DNA of 64,000 nt, taken from contig NC_081397.1 of assembly GCF_030684315.1 (NCBI RefSeq), positions 13,602,421-13,666,420 of the forward strand, read 5' to 3'. Position 1 is the stretch's first letter; each line of letters starts with the position of its first letter. The notes under the pieces are model-generated. The model saw only the letters and a program-made list of their open reading frames with translations, was not told where the DNA came from and ran no database searches. Shown here piece by piece: positions 1 to 13,009 of the stretch. Position numbers and translations under genes: made by a program. This DNA is from Stegostoma tigrinum (taxonomy: Eukaryota).

Positions 1-170
1 ATGTGTTATACTGCATCCGCTGTACATGGTGTGGCTTTCTGTGCATTGGGGAAACCAAGTGGAGGCTTACAGACTGCTTTGCAGAACACCTACGCTCGCA
101 GTAAATAACCGCACCTCCCAGTCGCAAACCAGTTCAACTCCCCCTCCCATCAATGTGTCCTCAATTTGAC
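1..170 (+). mobile_element. Penelope-like element fragment (GIY-YIG region)
   Basis: Similar to the GIY-YIG-encoding segment at 6450-6610 (cattggggaaaccaagtggaggctt...gcagaacacct); degraded. Confidence 0.7.
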
Positions 171-229
171 CCAGGAATGCACTGTATAATATAAGGTTAT
201 ACACGTTGGTAGCAAAATAAAAGGAAGGC

Positions 230-1935
230 ACTTTATTTTCTGGACGTCGATAGTTGGACACAGTGGAATTTGCAATGAGATCTGGGTGTCCTCACAAACC
301 AATCACTGAAATTAAGCATGTAGGTGTAGCAGACAGTGAGGAAGGTAACTGGTATGTTTTCCTTCATGGAGAGGTAATTAGAGTACAGGACAAAAGTAGA
401 AATTGTGGCAATTTAACAGGGTATCTGTGAGACAACATCTCGAATACTGACAGCAGGTGTGGCCTCCTTATCTGAGGAAGAATGGTGTTACTATAAAGGT
501 AGTTTTAGTGGGCAGATTGCTGGGATGGAAGGAGAGATTGAATTGTTTGTGAACTTCTGTGCTAAAGTTCAGAAAAATGAGGGATTTTCGTAAAAACCTG
601 TAAGCCACTGGCAGACTTAAACAATATAAATGCTGGAAAAATATTCCTGATGGTAGGAATTACATGTTTCGGAAATAGGATAGGACATTTAGGGCTGAGA
701 AAGTGAGAGCTTTCTTCATTCAGAGAATGGTATGCCTCTGGAATTCTCGACCGCAGAAATCAGCTCCATCCGACACACTATATGATTTCAAAATGTTATT
801 GTGTGCAGCAATTGTGAAGAAATAGAATCAAGGTATAATTGGCTTAATGGCAATAGAGAGAGAGTGAAAGTGGAGGGCTGTTTTGTTTTCAGTCTGGGGG
901 CCTGTCACCAGTGGTTTCCACAGGGATTTGTACTGGCTCTGTTTTTGTTTGTCATTTATAAAAATGATGTGGATCAGAATATAGAAGGCATGGTAAGCAT
1001 GTTTGTGAATGCTCGCAAAGTTATTATCAGAGTGAATGGAGAAGGTTTTCTGAGATTACAAAGGGATCGTAACCCAATCGGTTGGGCTGCAAAATGGAGT
1101 TCAACTGGATAACTGTGAGGTGTTGCATTTTGGTGCAACAATCAAGGGTAGGCCCTGTACAATTAATGGGTAGTGTTGTAGAAGAGAAGGACCTAGAATT
1201 CTTTTCAGTCTGCATCACACCTCAACAGGATGGTTAAGAAGGTGTTTGGCACGCTTTCCTTCGCTGCTCAGTCCTTTGTGTTTAGGAGGTGGCATTCACA
1301 TTGACTTACACAGGGCATTGGGTGAGGCCACTTCTGAAATACTGCCAACAGTTCTGGTCGGCCAGTTCGAGGAAGGACAGGATTAAGGTGGAGACGGTTC
1401 AGATTCGGTTCACCAGTATTTCGAGTATGTAAGGTTCGAGTTATAAGGAAAGGATGGATAGGCTGGGAGTCTTTTTTTTCACTCGAGTGTGGCATGTTGA
1501 AAGTCAGCTTATAGAAGTTCATAAAATAATGAGAACTGCAGATGCTGGAGAATCCAAGAAAACAAAGTGTTGAGCTAAATGAACACAGCAGGCCAAGCAG
1601 CCTCTGAGGAGCACAAAAGCTGACATTTCGGGCCTAGACCCAATGGTAGCTGTCCTTTGCCTGGGAAGGGGGGAATTGAAGAGCGGCATGAACATTTTTA
1701 AACTGACAGGAGAAAGATCAAAAAAATATACGCGAGGGTTTTATTATCACAGAGCCTGATGCAAGTCGAATGAACTTCCTGACGAAATGGTCGATGTGGC
1801 AACAATTACAACATTAAAACGGCATTTGGATTAGTACGTGAACATAACAGGTTTGAAAGGAAACAGGCCAGGGTCAGGTGGGTGGAACTAGTTCAGTTCG
1901 GCATTAAATTCGGCATGTTATGGTTGGACTGAAGG
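230..1935 (+). mobile_element. Two decayed CR1-like LINE 3' fragments, interrupted by a PLE-derived short element at ~1530-1641
   Basis: Remnants of PQGSVLG (ccacagggatttgtactgg) and CEVLHFG (tgtgaggtgttgcattttgg) motifs with many frameshifts; a paralogous copy lies at ~25610-26160 upstream of the second H1. Confidence 0.7.
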
Positions 1936-2384
1936 ATATGCTGAATGATTCGATATGAGAGAGAAACGGACACAAGCTATTGAGTTGGATGACCTGCCAT
2001 TTTCATGAGGAGTGGGAAGAGAGGTTTGAAGGGCTGATTGGTTAGTTTCAGTTGCTATTATTTGTGTTTCTCTGCCTGTTTATTCCCAGAAAAATACTGA
2101 CCTGGGCGATCAATGTAACTTCAAACCAGATGATTGGCTCTTGCAGCTGAATCAGGAGAAGAGCGAATCTCCGGCGCTCCGTCCTCAGAGAGTTTAACAG
2201 TGACTGAGGAGAGAGAAAAAAACTACAACGAACTCCCTGGGTATCGGAGCAAAGGCTGAAAGGAAAATAAATTATATCCGCCCACATTTATATTTCGCGA
2301 TATTTCTGGCCTGCGACTGTATGGATGTGAATATTGTGCCAGAGAGACTGTAGGTAAAGGGCGGTCGGGAGAGTTTAACGTAAC

Positions 2385-2811
2385 TGTGTTTGTGTGTTCG
2401 CTCATATCATGAGATTTCCCAGTCTGTCTTGAGCAAATTAAAAAGATTTTCGATTCAACTTATCCCCCTGCTCCCTCACTAAATCCCAAAGCTAGAATTC
2501 AAGGCAACGTGTTTGTTGCTTTCTAGATTTCAGCCCAAAAGTGATGATAATGCCAGCGCTCAGCTCAGAGAGCGCGATCAGTGCAGCAGCAAAATGCGTT
2601 TCACTCGACAACGGAGCCGTCAATTCGAGTGAAAACGCTTCGGCCGCAAACCTTCCCGTGTCAGGGTCAGGAACGATCGAGCCTACCTCTCTGGAGATGC
2701 GGAATTGCAGAGGAATTGGAGAGTTTCTGCCGAGAGAGAAACACAGAGAGGCAGCAGGAGCAGGGAGCTGAGGGCAGGTTGTCTCCGCGCCGTCCGCTCG
2801 CTGCCTTTAAG
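2385..2811 (+). promoter_or_regulatory. H1 promoter: TG box TGTGTTT 2385-2391, H1/AC box AAACACA 2739-2745, TATA-like TTTAAG ~2806-2811
   Basis: Motifs read directly; AAACACA is the known H1-specific element; no CCAAT between the AC box and TATA. Confidence 0.7.
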
Positions 2812-2891
2812 TTGCTCAGTGCCGCCACCAGCAGCTTCATTGCTGACCCAGTTCAGTCTGACAGAGAGAGATTCAGCGCAGAGTTCCCGAC

Positions 2892-3515
2892 ATGAGCGAC
2901 AGTGCAGCCGCCGAAACGGCTCCTCCAGCCTCCGCCAGCACCAAACCCAAGGCTCCCAAGAAGAAGAAGGCGGCGGCTCCCAGGAAGAAACCAGCCGGTC
3001 CCGGGTTGGGCGAGCGGATTGTGAAGATTGTCGGGGAGAACAGCGATCGGAAGGGAACGTCTCTGGTCGCTATAAAGAAGGCGCTGCAGAGAAGCGGGGT
3101 CAATGTGGAGAAGCAAAATGCACAGATCAGGATGGCTACCAAGAGGTGCCTGGCGAAAGGCTCCCTGGTTCTGGTGAAGGGCCAGGGCGTCTCCGGCTCC
3201 TTCAAACTCGCAAAGAATCCAGTCAAGGCAAAAGTGGGAAAGAAGGCGAGACCAGCAGCAGCCGCCAAGAAAGCAGCCGTGAAGAAAACAACGGCCAAGA
3301 AGGTGGCAGCGAAGAAATCCCCAGCCAAGAAAGCGGGCGGCAAGAAGGCAGCAACGCCAAAGAAAGCGGCGAAGAAAGCAGCGCCGAAGAAAAAGACTCC
3401 CGTGAAGAAGGTGATAAAGACCAAGAGCCCCAAGGCCGCAAAGCCGGCCCCGAAATCGAGGAAACCGAAGGCCAAGCCCAAAGCGAAAGTGACCAAGAAA
3501 GCAGCAAAGAAATGA
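2892..3515 (+). CDS. Histone H1 (207 aa), replication-dependent
   Basis: Winged-helix globular domain ending GVSGSFKL, K/A/P-rich tail with S/TPxK motifs, intronless, stem-loop downstream. Confidence 0.97.
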   Translation: MSDSAAAETAPPASASTKPKAPKKKKAAAPRKKPAGPGLGERIVKIVGENSDRKGTSLVAIKKALQRSGVNVEKQNAQIRMATKRCLAKGSLVLVKGQGVSGSFKLAKNPVKAKVGKKARPAAAAKKAAVKKTTAKKVAAKKSPAKKAGGKKAATPKKAAKKAAPKKKTPVKKVIKTKSPKAAKPAPKSRKPKAKPKAKVTKKAAKK

Positions 3516-3551
3516 AGCAGTCGGTGTAACATGTAACAAACTGAACCCAAA

Positions 3552-3591
3552 GGCTCTTCTCAGAGCCACCACATCTTTCAGGAGAGAGCTG
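3552..3591 (+). terminator. Histone 3' stem-loop GGCTCT-TCTC-AGAGCC (3552-3567) plus purine-rich HDE
   Basis: 6-bp stem and 4-nt loop preceded by CCAAA, followed by ACCA and caggagagagctg. Confidence 0.95.
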
Positions 3592-4583
3592 AGCCCGGAT
3601 CAAATGATCCCTGTCCTAGCTCCGAGTGCAGGAATAAATTAGACACTAATTTATGTAATAACCGTTCCGTATTTACCTACCGGATTTACACTCAGCCCCT
3701 CTTCCATACTCGACAATAAGCGAGTGTGAGGTCCTGCTCACATCGACCATCGGCTCTCGTGCTTTGTCAGATCATGTCAGTCTGCTTTTCACACATGCAG
3801 GGAAAGAGTCAAACACAGGCTCTGAAACCCCTCTTCACACAATCCTCAAGAAATGATTTTGTCTCATTCAGCTGGGGGAATAGAAACTGACGTAGAAATG
3901 GAACAAACCGTGTTGTCTTGTTCAGAAAGGCCGGATCATGGGCGTTTAATTGTATCACAACTGCTTTGAAAAAAAGTCCCTGTTTTTATCTGCTTCGAAC
4001 ATGAAGCTCAAGACCGCAGTTCTTTTGCCGAAAATTGTGTTCACTGCATTGTGGAGAATAGTTTTATTTACAGATCCAGTTGGGGGCTGGAGTTAGCATA
4101 TATTGCTATATTGTTATTTCATTAACCGTTACAGGAATGATATTTCGTTCAGTTTTGATTCTGGGACAACTGTGAAAGTTTTAATTTACTTTCCATCTGC
4201 CTGTTGCAGGAAGCAATGCCAAATTATCTTGGGACTAATTATAACCTCGGTGAAAGATAGAAATGCCGCTAAATTGAGTTTGTGTAACTTTATACGTTAC
4301 ACTGTATTACACCATATTAGCTTTTAAAATGCTTTATTCGGCGGTGTTTAGATGCATTAACGGTAGTTACAAGTTCGGTTCATTAGTTTGCCCGACTGTA
4401 TTACACGCCCTCCCCCTTTCCTCACGCCTGTTACAGACAGATGAGGCAATCCTGTCGTCCTGTCTCCGCTGATGTAGAGTTTATTCAAAAAACTTAGTTT
4501 GCAAAGTACACGATTTGATCGGAGGCGGACTTAATTATCCTTTTAAATATTTACTTTAAACTCAGGATCGCGAGGGTAAAATC

Positions 4584-4749
4584 GGCGGGCTTTTTGAAAG
4601 AGACCAACTGTCATTTCAAGTTAACCAATCAGCCTCCAAAAAATATTATTCTGCCTTTTCTGTCCCTTCCGGAGCTGTTTCTCAGGGGATTGAGGGACGG
4701 GACTGTATCCAATCCCAGCTCTAGGGCGGGCTCTCCATTCCCTTAAATA
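4584..4749 (+). promoter_or_regulatory. H3 promoter: GGCGG-N4-TTTGAA (4584-4598), CCAAT 4625 and 4709, GC box 4724, TTAAATA 4743
   Basis: Motifs read directly and conserved in the second H3 promoter (46485-46649, minus). Confidence 0.75.
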
Positions 4750-4812
4750 GGCAGCGCAGCAGCCGCGTCGGCATTGACAGCAGCAGCTTGTGTGTGTGTT
4801 GTAGAGAGTTGA

Positions 4813-5229
<417 letters not shown>

Positions 5230-5273
5230 ACGGAGCGTGCCCGGCCCTGTACATTCACCCCGAGAAACACAAC

Positions 5274-5312
5274 GGCTCTTTTCAGAGCCACTCAACTATC
5301 CCGAGAGAGCAG
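5274..5312 (+). terminator. Histone stem-loop GGCTCTTTTCAGAGCC (5274-5289) plus HDE
   Basis: Canonical stem-loop; cgagagagcag downstream. Confidence 0.96.
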
Positions 5313-5726
5313 CAATCGATTGACAATGTTGGTTACTTTATTATGCGCCCAGTTTTTTTTTCTGCTGTTGTATTGTATCGTTTCGTCTGTTATTAAACAA
5401 TTTCAATCTGGCCGAGAAGTGGATTTGTCACGTTAATTAGAAGACAAAACGGACATTGCTGTGGGGAAGTTATAAATTGATGGCAGTACATAATTGAAGC
5501 CTCCCAGTGTGCTGGAGATTTGAGTGACAGGAAAGCACCTCCCTGCCTATGCATCCCTTGGTGTTACCCCACTCTAACTGAACACGGCTGGGAAGTTGGG
5601 CGGGAGAAATAATTGGCGCCAAATCATCAACCGCTTTTATTTCAAATCTGAAACGCCCGCCAATATGTAGGGGGTTCAGACCAGACATCACACTTTCCCT
5701 CAGGCCCCAGCCTGTTTCGGTTGATG

Positions 5727-5960
5727 CTTGTCGCAGCAAAACCAGAAGTTGCTGAAACAGCTCAGCAGGTCTGGCAACATCTCTGAAGAAGAAAAAAAAT
5801 CAGAGCTAAGTTTTCGGGTCCCGTGAGCTTTCCTCAGAACTGCAAGGGTGGCCGGAGCTGAAACGTCAACTCTGGATTTTATTTTCTTCACGACTGCCAG
5901 ACCTGTTGAGCTTTTTCAGCTACTTCTGGTCTTGTTCCTGATTTATAGCATCAGCTGTTC
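5727..5960. mobile_element. Inverted pair of short PLE terminal repeats with degenerate hammerhead cores
   Basis: Minus strand CTGAGGA...gggacccGAAA at ~5810-5837, followed by a plus-strand gaaacgtcaactct copy of the same repeat. Confidence 0.55.
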
Positions 5961-6039
5961 TTTCCATGTTCTTCGGAGGATCGATCAGGCTCGAAAGGCC
6001 ATTTCCTGCTGTGTCGAGATTCCACGAAAGTTCATCCCT

Positions 6040-7158
6040 GTCAATGTATCAATGGGGCACCAATGGAGAATGAGTTGCTGTTCCTGAAACCTATGGGTGA
6101 CATCACCATGGCATTGCAGGAGGCCCAGGTTTGTCATGTCGTCTGAGGAATGGGAGTGGGAGTTAAAATAGTTCATGAGTGGGAGGTGAACTCTGACACT
6201 TCCACCATCTACAATCCGACCCCACCACAAGACATTTTTTCCATCCCCACTCTGATCTACCTTTCGGAGAGACCACTCTGTCTGCGACTCCCTTGTCCAC
6301 TCCACACTCCCCTCCACCCCCACCACACCTGGCACTTTCACCTGCCACTGCAGGAAGTGCTCCACTTGCCCCCCACCCCACCTCCCTCAACTACATCCCA
6401 GGCCCCAAGATGATCCACATCTAGCAGATGTTCACCTGCACATCTGCCAATGTGTTATTCTGTATCCACCGTACCCGTTGTGGCTCCCTCTACATTGGGG
6501 AAACCAAGTGGAGGCTTAGGGACAGCTTTGCAGAACACCTACACTCGGTTTGCTATAAACAACTGCACCTCCCAGTCGTGAACCATTTTAACTCACCCTC
6601 CCACTTCTTAGGCAAATGTCCCTCCTGGGCCTCCTGCAGTGCAATAATGATGCCACTCGAAGGTTGCAGGAACAGCAACTCATGTTCCACTTGGGAACCC
6701 TGCAGCCGAGTGCTATCGATTTCACCAGCTTCAAAATCTCCCCTCTCCCCAATGCATCCCAAAACCAGCCCAGCTCGCCCCCACCCTGTCTCCCTAACCC
6801 TTTCTTCCTCTCACCTATCCCCTCCTCCCACCTCAAGCCACATCTCCATTTCTTACCTACTGACCTTATCTCCCCCCCTTGACCTGTCCATCCTCCCCAG
6901 GCTGATCTATCCCCTCCCTAACTCCTCACCTATACTCGCTACTCCACCTATCTTCTCCTTCATCCATCTTCAGTCTGCCTCCCACTCTCTCCCTATTTAT
7001 TTCAGAATTGCCTCCCCAGCCCCCATTTTCTGATGAAGGGGCTAGGCCCAAAACATCAGCTTTTGTGCTCCTAAGATGCTGCTTGGCCTGCTGTGTTCAT
7101 CCAGCCCCACACTTTGTTATCTCAGATTCTCCAGCATCTGCAGTTCCCATTTTCTCTG
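6040..7158 (+). mobile_element. Penelope-like element 3' part (GIY-YIG endonuclease remnant plus hammerhead-type terminal repeat), with an inverted segment at ~6060-6188
   Basis: FTCTSANVLFCIHRTRCGSLYIGETKWRLRDSFAEH is a PLE GIY-YIG motif; CTGATGA at 7030. Confidence 0.85.
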
Positions 7159-8299
7159 ACTTAAATAGATGGTAATTGCTTTGTTTGCCAGGGGTGAAGC
7201 ACATGGTCCATACCCCACTAAGGCTTGTCACCCTGGAAATGGAGTCAAAAAAAGCAACTTGAGCAAATGGAAGTGGCTGAACAATGAGTGACTGGAGTTT
7301 ATTATGTTCTCTCTCCCTTTTAGGTGTGACTCCACACTCCCATCACTGATATTGACTTATATATAATGGCTCTCTGGCAATTACAGGTGGTTTAGCCGAG
7401 CCAGTGATGCTAATAATCTGATGAACAAATTCAAACCGCTTTAACCTCTGTATTTATAATAAATGTAACATGCATGCAGGCTTCAGGGCTTTGATGATTA
7501 GGGTTGAATATGTTTCTAGTGCTGACACCTGCTCACAAGCTACTGGAGGCATGAGGGGTTGACAGTAAATATGCCAGTTTCCCACATTTTGAACAAGTGG
7601 GTGAAGGTAAATTCAGCAATGTGTCTTGTTTTTAAGGACGTGCTCTTTTCATATAATTGAGGCAGAGACAGATGTTCAACGTGAAATGATTGCCTTTTAA
7701 AACTGCTTGGAAAGAATGTGTGAATTGACAATATCTTGGCCACACACCTTCTCTTCACAAAAAGAAAAATCAGTTGTGAAACTGGAACCTGATCAGAAGT
7801 TGCCATTTTTGTTTTTGTTTCATGATATTTGAACACATACAATTTAGCTGCATTAACCACCACTGAACTGAAACCTCCAACTGGCCCATTATCACATTAT
7901 CACATCTTGTACAAAACTTCTTTCAGGGGGCACTGGGGTGGCTTTTTCAGCCTTTTGAAAATAAGGTTGTATCTTGTTTAACTTCTGTTTCAACATTTGT
8001 TGCTGATGGTATCCTTCGGAAAATTTGGCCAGTATATTGAGAACAGTAGTTGGGAGGACAAGTTGCAGCTTTACAGGGCATGGATTAGAACACTTGGAAT
8101 AATGCATTCAATTCTGGTCTCTCTGCTACAGGAATTTAGTTAGATTTATTGTGACATGTTCCTAAATAGTGAATGGTTTTGTTGGCGAGCAGTATAGCCA
8201 GATCATAATCAGTAAGCACATTCAGGTCATAATGTGAAAAATGGAAATGATAAGGCATACACGTTACACTCCACAGGATGTATGCAGGCAAGATCAACA

Positions 8300-9920
8300 C
8301 TTTTGAAATTTAAGATTCCATTCGTCAGTCTAACAATGACAGGGAAGAATCTGTTCTTGAACCTGCTGGTGTGGGTGTTCGAGCTTCTGTATCTTCTGCC
8401 TGATGCAAGAGGTTGTAGGAGGCCACCACTGGGGTTGGATGGATTTTGATGTCTCAGGCTTTGCACAGCAACGAGAGCCCATGGTTGGGAAGTTGGGTGC
8501 CGTGACGGTGTGGGGTGTGAACACAACCTTCCATAGTTGCTCGTGGAACAGGACAGAGCAGGTTCCATATCAGGCCTTGATGAACCCAGACAGTATGCTT
8601 TCTATGGTGCATGAGTAACATGCCAAATACATGAGCAGCCTCAGGAAGACAAGGCCTTTGTGCCTTCATTACCATTGCATCTATGTGGGAAGTCCCATGA
8701 AGGTTGTTGGTTATTGTAACTCTTGGGAAATTGACACTCTCAGCACCCTGCTCTGTTGATGGACCTGAGGGTGTGTTCTGCTCTTTTCCTTCTGAAGCCA
8801 ATTATAAGTTCTTTTGTTTTGTGAACATTTCAGTTTTCTTTTTATAATTGCACCACGTCACCAAACCCTCCATCTCCTTCCTGTCATCTGAATAATCATT
8901 ATTTATTATCCATCCCATCATCGTGTTGTCAACAGCAAACTTATAGGTGGCATTCATTCAGAATTTGACAACAATAGTGAGTATACAAGGAGTACAGTAG
9001 GGAACTGAGAATGCTTTCTTGAGGGTTGCAGTGTTTGAATGTCCTTGCAGAGGAGATTCAGTTGCCTATCTTCTCGATTTGTGGTCTGTGTTTCAGGAAG
9101 CTGAGGAGTCAGTTGCACAGGGTGGAGCCAAGCCTGAGGTGTGAGTTTTGAGATCCGTCTTGCAGGGATAATGGTGTTGAAGACTGAGCTGTAATTGATG
9201 AGCAGAAGCCTGATTGTAGGTGGCCTTGTTGCCCAGATGTTCCAGGGATGATTGCAGGGCTGGGAAAAGGGCATCTTGCTGTGGGCCTGTTGCATTAGTG
9301 GGAAAATTGCAAGGGATTGAGGCAGGCTGAAAGTCGAGAGTTCAAGTGGGCCATGACCAGCATCTCTGAGCACTTCATGATTTTGGATGCCAGAGCCACT
9401 GGGCAGTACAGATGAAGTCATACTGCATGTGGTTTTTCGGACTGGGATAATGGTCGTCTTCTCAAGCAGGTGCAGAGTACAGCTTGTCAGAGGGAGACAT
9501 CAAAGATGTCAGAGTACCTCCCCACAGTAATTACATGCACAGTTGGTGCTTCAGTCCAGGTCTGTTACTTTCCTTGGGTGTTCTCACCAGGAAGACGGAT
9601 CTGACAACTGCAGTGACCGATAGAACAGGTGCATTGAGGCCTGGCGGGGCAGTGGACACCACGCTGCTGGCATTCTGTGTAAACCAAGCATAGACAGCAT
9701 CAGGGTGGGAACTGTCTTTGTCCACTATCTTGCTTTGCTCAGTTTGGTTGGTTGGAGCCACTAAACTGTTCCAGTCCTGCCTCTTGGTATCTTTGATGGA
9801 TTTGCTGAAGCCTTCTCCGCTGAATTTTCTGAAACAGCCCTGGTCGTCCACTTTTGATGCTGCACTCCTGGTCTGCTGTAGGGAATGGATTAGACAGTTC
9901 ATCCAAGGTTTCAAGATGAT
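8300..9920 (-). mobile_element. Decayed Rex1/Babar-type LINE (RT remnant)
   Basis: LLINYSSVFNTII (DYSSAFNTI-like) and C-terminal RRYRSSNTHTSRFKNRFFP; frameshifted. Confidence 0.7.
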
Positions 9921-10084
9921 GAACAGCCAGATTGACGAGAAGCTTTTTTTTTACTTTAAGCTTAAACATTCATAAAAGATTTGTAAGGGGCTCAGCTTCA
10001 GGGAGAAGCTGTACAGGCCAGGGCTACTTCTCCCAGGATAAAAGGTAGGCTGGTGGGTGGCCTTAGTGTCTTTGAGAATTTCCT

Positions 10085-10272
10085 CCAGGTGCTGAGGTTT
10101 CCTCCATAGTCCAAAGATGTGCACTTTATGTGGCATGGCTATGCTATGGGCCCAGTGTGTCCAGAGAAAGACAGAGTGACAGGGATATGGAAGGGCACTT
10201 TGGGAGAGATGCTCTTCAGAGGGTCAGTCGGGACTCAATGGGCCGAATGGCCTGCTTCCATACTGTGAGGAC
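10085..10272 (+). mobile_element. Shark SINE (HE1-like) fragment
   Basis: ggtttcctccatagtccaaagatgtgc ... gggccgaatggcctg resembles the elasmobranch SINE body/tail; family assignment from memory. Confidence 0.5.
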
Positions 10273-10743
10273 TCGATAATACCAAAGGCAGGAAAATGAG
10301 CTGCACCTGAGATTAATGCGCAGAGGGTCAGTGGCCGTTCATTATCAAAAGCAAATGACCCTGCAACGTGGTGCCCCGGGTCACTTTCGCTTTCTCGAAT
10401 GCGATTAAGGGAGATGTGAAATTGGCAGTGAACAACAAGCAGTGGGACTGGAAAACGTATTTGCAAAACGATTATTCTGTTTTCCAATTATGTTATACAT
10501 TGTAATTTTATAATAAGCTCATCATAACTTCTTCCTGCTCATCGGCTGCCAGCTCTGAATGGAAATATTACCGAAATCAGGAGGAGCAGGATGGATTTCA
10601 TTTTCTATCGAACCGTGACAACTACAGGATCAATGAATGATGTGACTGAAATTTGACGTTGCGAAGTCCCAGGCTCTGTATATTTAAAATTAAATCAATC
10701 GAACAGAAACGAGGTCTGAGACTCTTTCACTGATGTTGTGGGT

Positions 10744-10759
10744 GGCTCTGAAAAGAGCC
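10744..10759 (-). terminator. Histone stem-loop of H2A copy 1
   Basis: Reverse complement GGCTCTTTTCAGAGCC followed by ACCCA. Confidence 0.96.
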
Positions 10760-10789
10760 TTTGGATTATCAGGTTACAAAACGGTCTCT

Positions 10790-11435
<646 letters not shown>

Positions 11436-12315
11436 TTTAACGAAAACTCGGACGTTTAACAGAATAGAATGCGTGATGAAATTTACTTCAAGATTATGAA
11501 TGTATATTTGACTTCATCCCACTTTCCCGCATTCCCGAACCGTGTGGAATGTCCATTTCTGACCTTGAATCGGATTTTCAAAACCTTAAATGCAAGCGGT
11601 AAAAAGGGGCCGAAATCTGCACCTGCATATTCATTTCACATTTCAAAAACACCTCGATATGTTAGTAAACCAATCGATAACTGTTTTTTTCCTGAAAAAG
11701 AGCATTAATCGTGCGCACCATCTTTAGACACTATTTTAAATTGCCTGTTCCGTCAAGACCCTTACTTTTTGTTTCCTCGAAAGGTTTGACGTCCTTCTTC
11801 AAATCTCCAACGGGTCTCGGCCCAAACTATTCATACATTCCTCAGACACCTGCCAGCGTGTCTCGGTATCAGTTTTACTCGGATTACCTCGGTCACAGAC
11901 GAGCACTGATGTACTGTGACCAGTGCTTTTTGCTTTCTATTGATTTGACAATTTTACTCTCTCTCCCCCACTTAGGCTCTTCAATCAGTGTCACTATCAG
12001 TTTCTGCTGCAAGATATGAGTTATCCATCTAGCCTGTCAATATGTCTGTTTAGTTATCCATTTATATTTCTCATTTTCTGCTCAGTGAGTGTGTGTGAGA
12101 GACTGTGTATGTGTGTAGTTACCAATACATAGGTGTCAGATACTGCACTGTTGATATGCATGTAGTTATCAAAGTGTACCTGTCAGTTCAAGCTGTATGA
12201 CATTGGGAGGGTTATTACCAAGTTGTTCCTGTCAGTTTCTGCTTCATGGACACGTGAAGTTCATAATCAGTACGTACCTGTGAGAATCTGCTTCTGAAAT
12301 CTGGAGTGTCGTTAC

Positions 12316-12472
12316 ATTGAACATTACAGCACAGTACAGGCCCGTCGGCCCTCAATAGTATGCCAACCTGTCATACCGATCTGACGTCCATCTAACCTAC
12401 GCTATTCCATGTACGTCCACATGCTAATCCAATTACGACTTAAATGTACCTAAAGTTGGTGAATCTACTACC
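12316..12472 (-). mobile_element. CR1 3' tail fragment
   Basis: Reverse complement of ~18211-18365. Confidence 0.75.
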
Positions 12473-13009
12473 ATTATCACACTGCACCGCAAAAAAACTG
12501 TTAAGTCTGTGGATATTTAAATGCATTTATAAAATTGGACCTGTGAAGTTATGCTGTGAAACTGGAGTGTTATCAACAATCCGTTCTTCTCTGTTGCTAT
12601 GATGTGGATATGTAAGCATAGTTATCATTTGGGTACGTGTAGTTTGGTGTGTGAGCATAAATATTAATTTGTACATATCAGTTTTCAAATGTGAATTTGA
12701 GAATGGTTTTTAGCAAACTTTTTTTCCCCCATATATGAGAGAGTGTCAACCTGTTTTTTGCCTGTTTCTACAGGGTGAATGATTCAGCAGAGATATCAAC
12801 ACATGCTTGTCAGTTTCTATTTGTCAACACGGCTGAACTTTGGCAGCCAGTAATATTCTGTTATGATGCAATTTGTTATGTGGTAGCTGTTATCAGACTG
12901 ATTTAATGGAGATTAGATTCAGTTTCTGAGTGTATATTTTGGACGAGTATTCAGTCTGTCCATCTTCAAAAATGGTGTAAATGTCAATGGGATGTGAATG
13001 CAGAAATGT

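Noticed and set aside
2705-3603. Long alternative-frame and antisense ORFs over H1 (also 23854-24818)
   Set aside because: By-products of GC-rich, low-complexity histone codons; no independent signals
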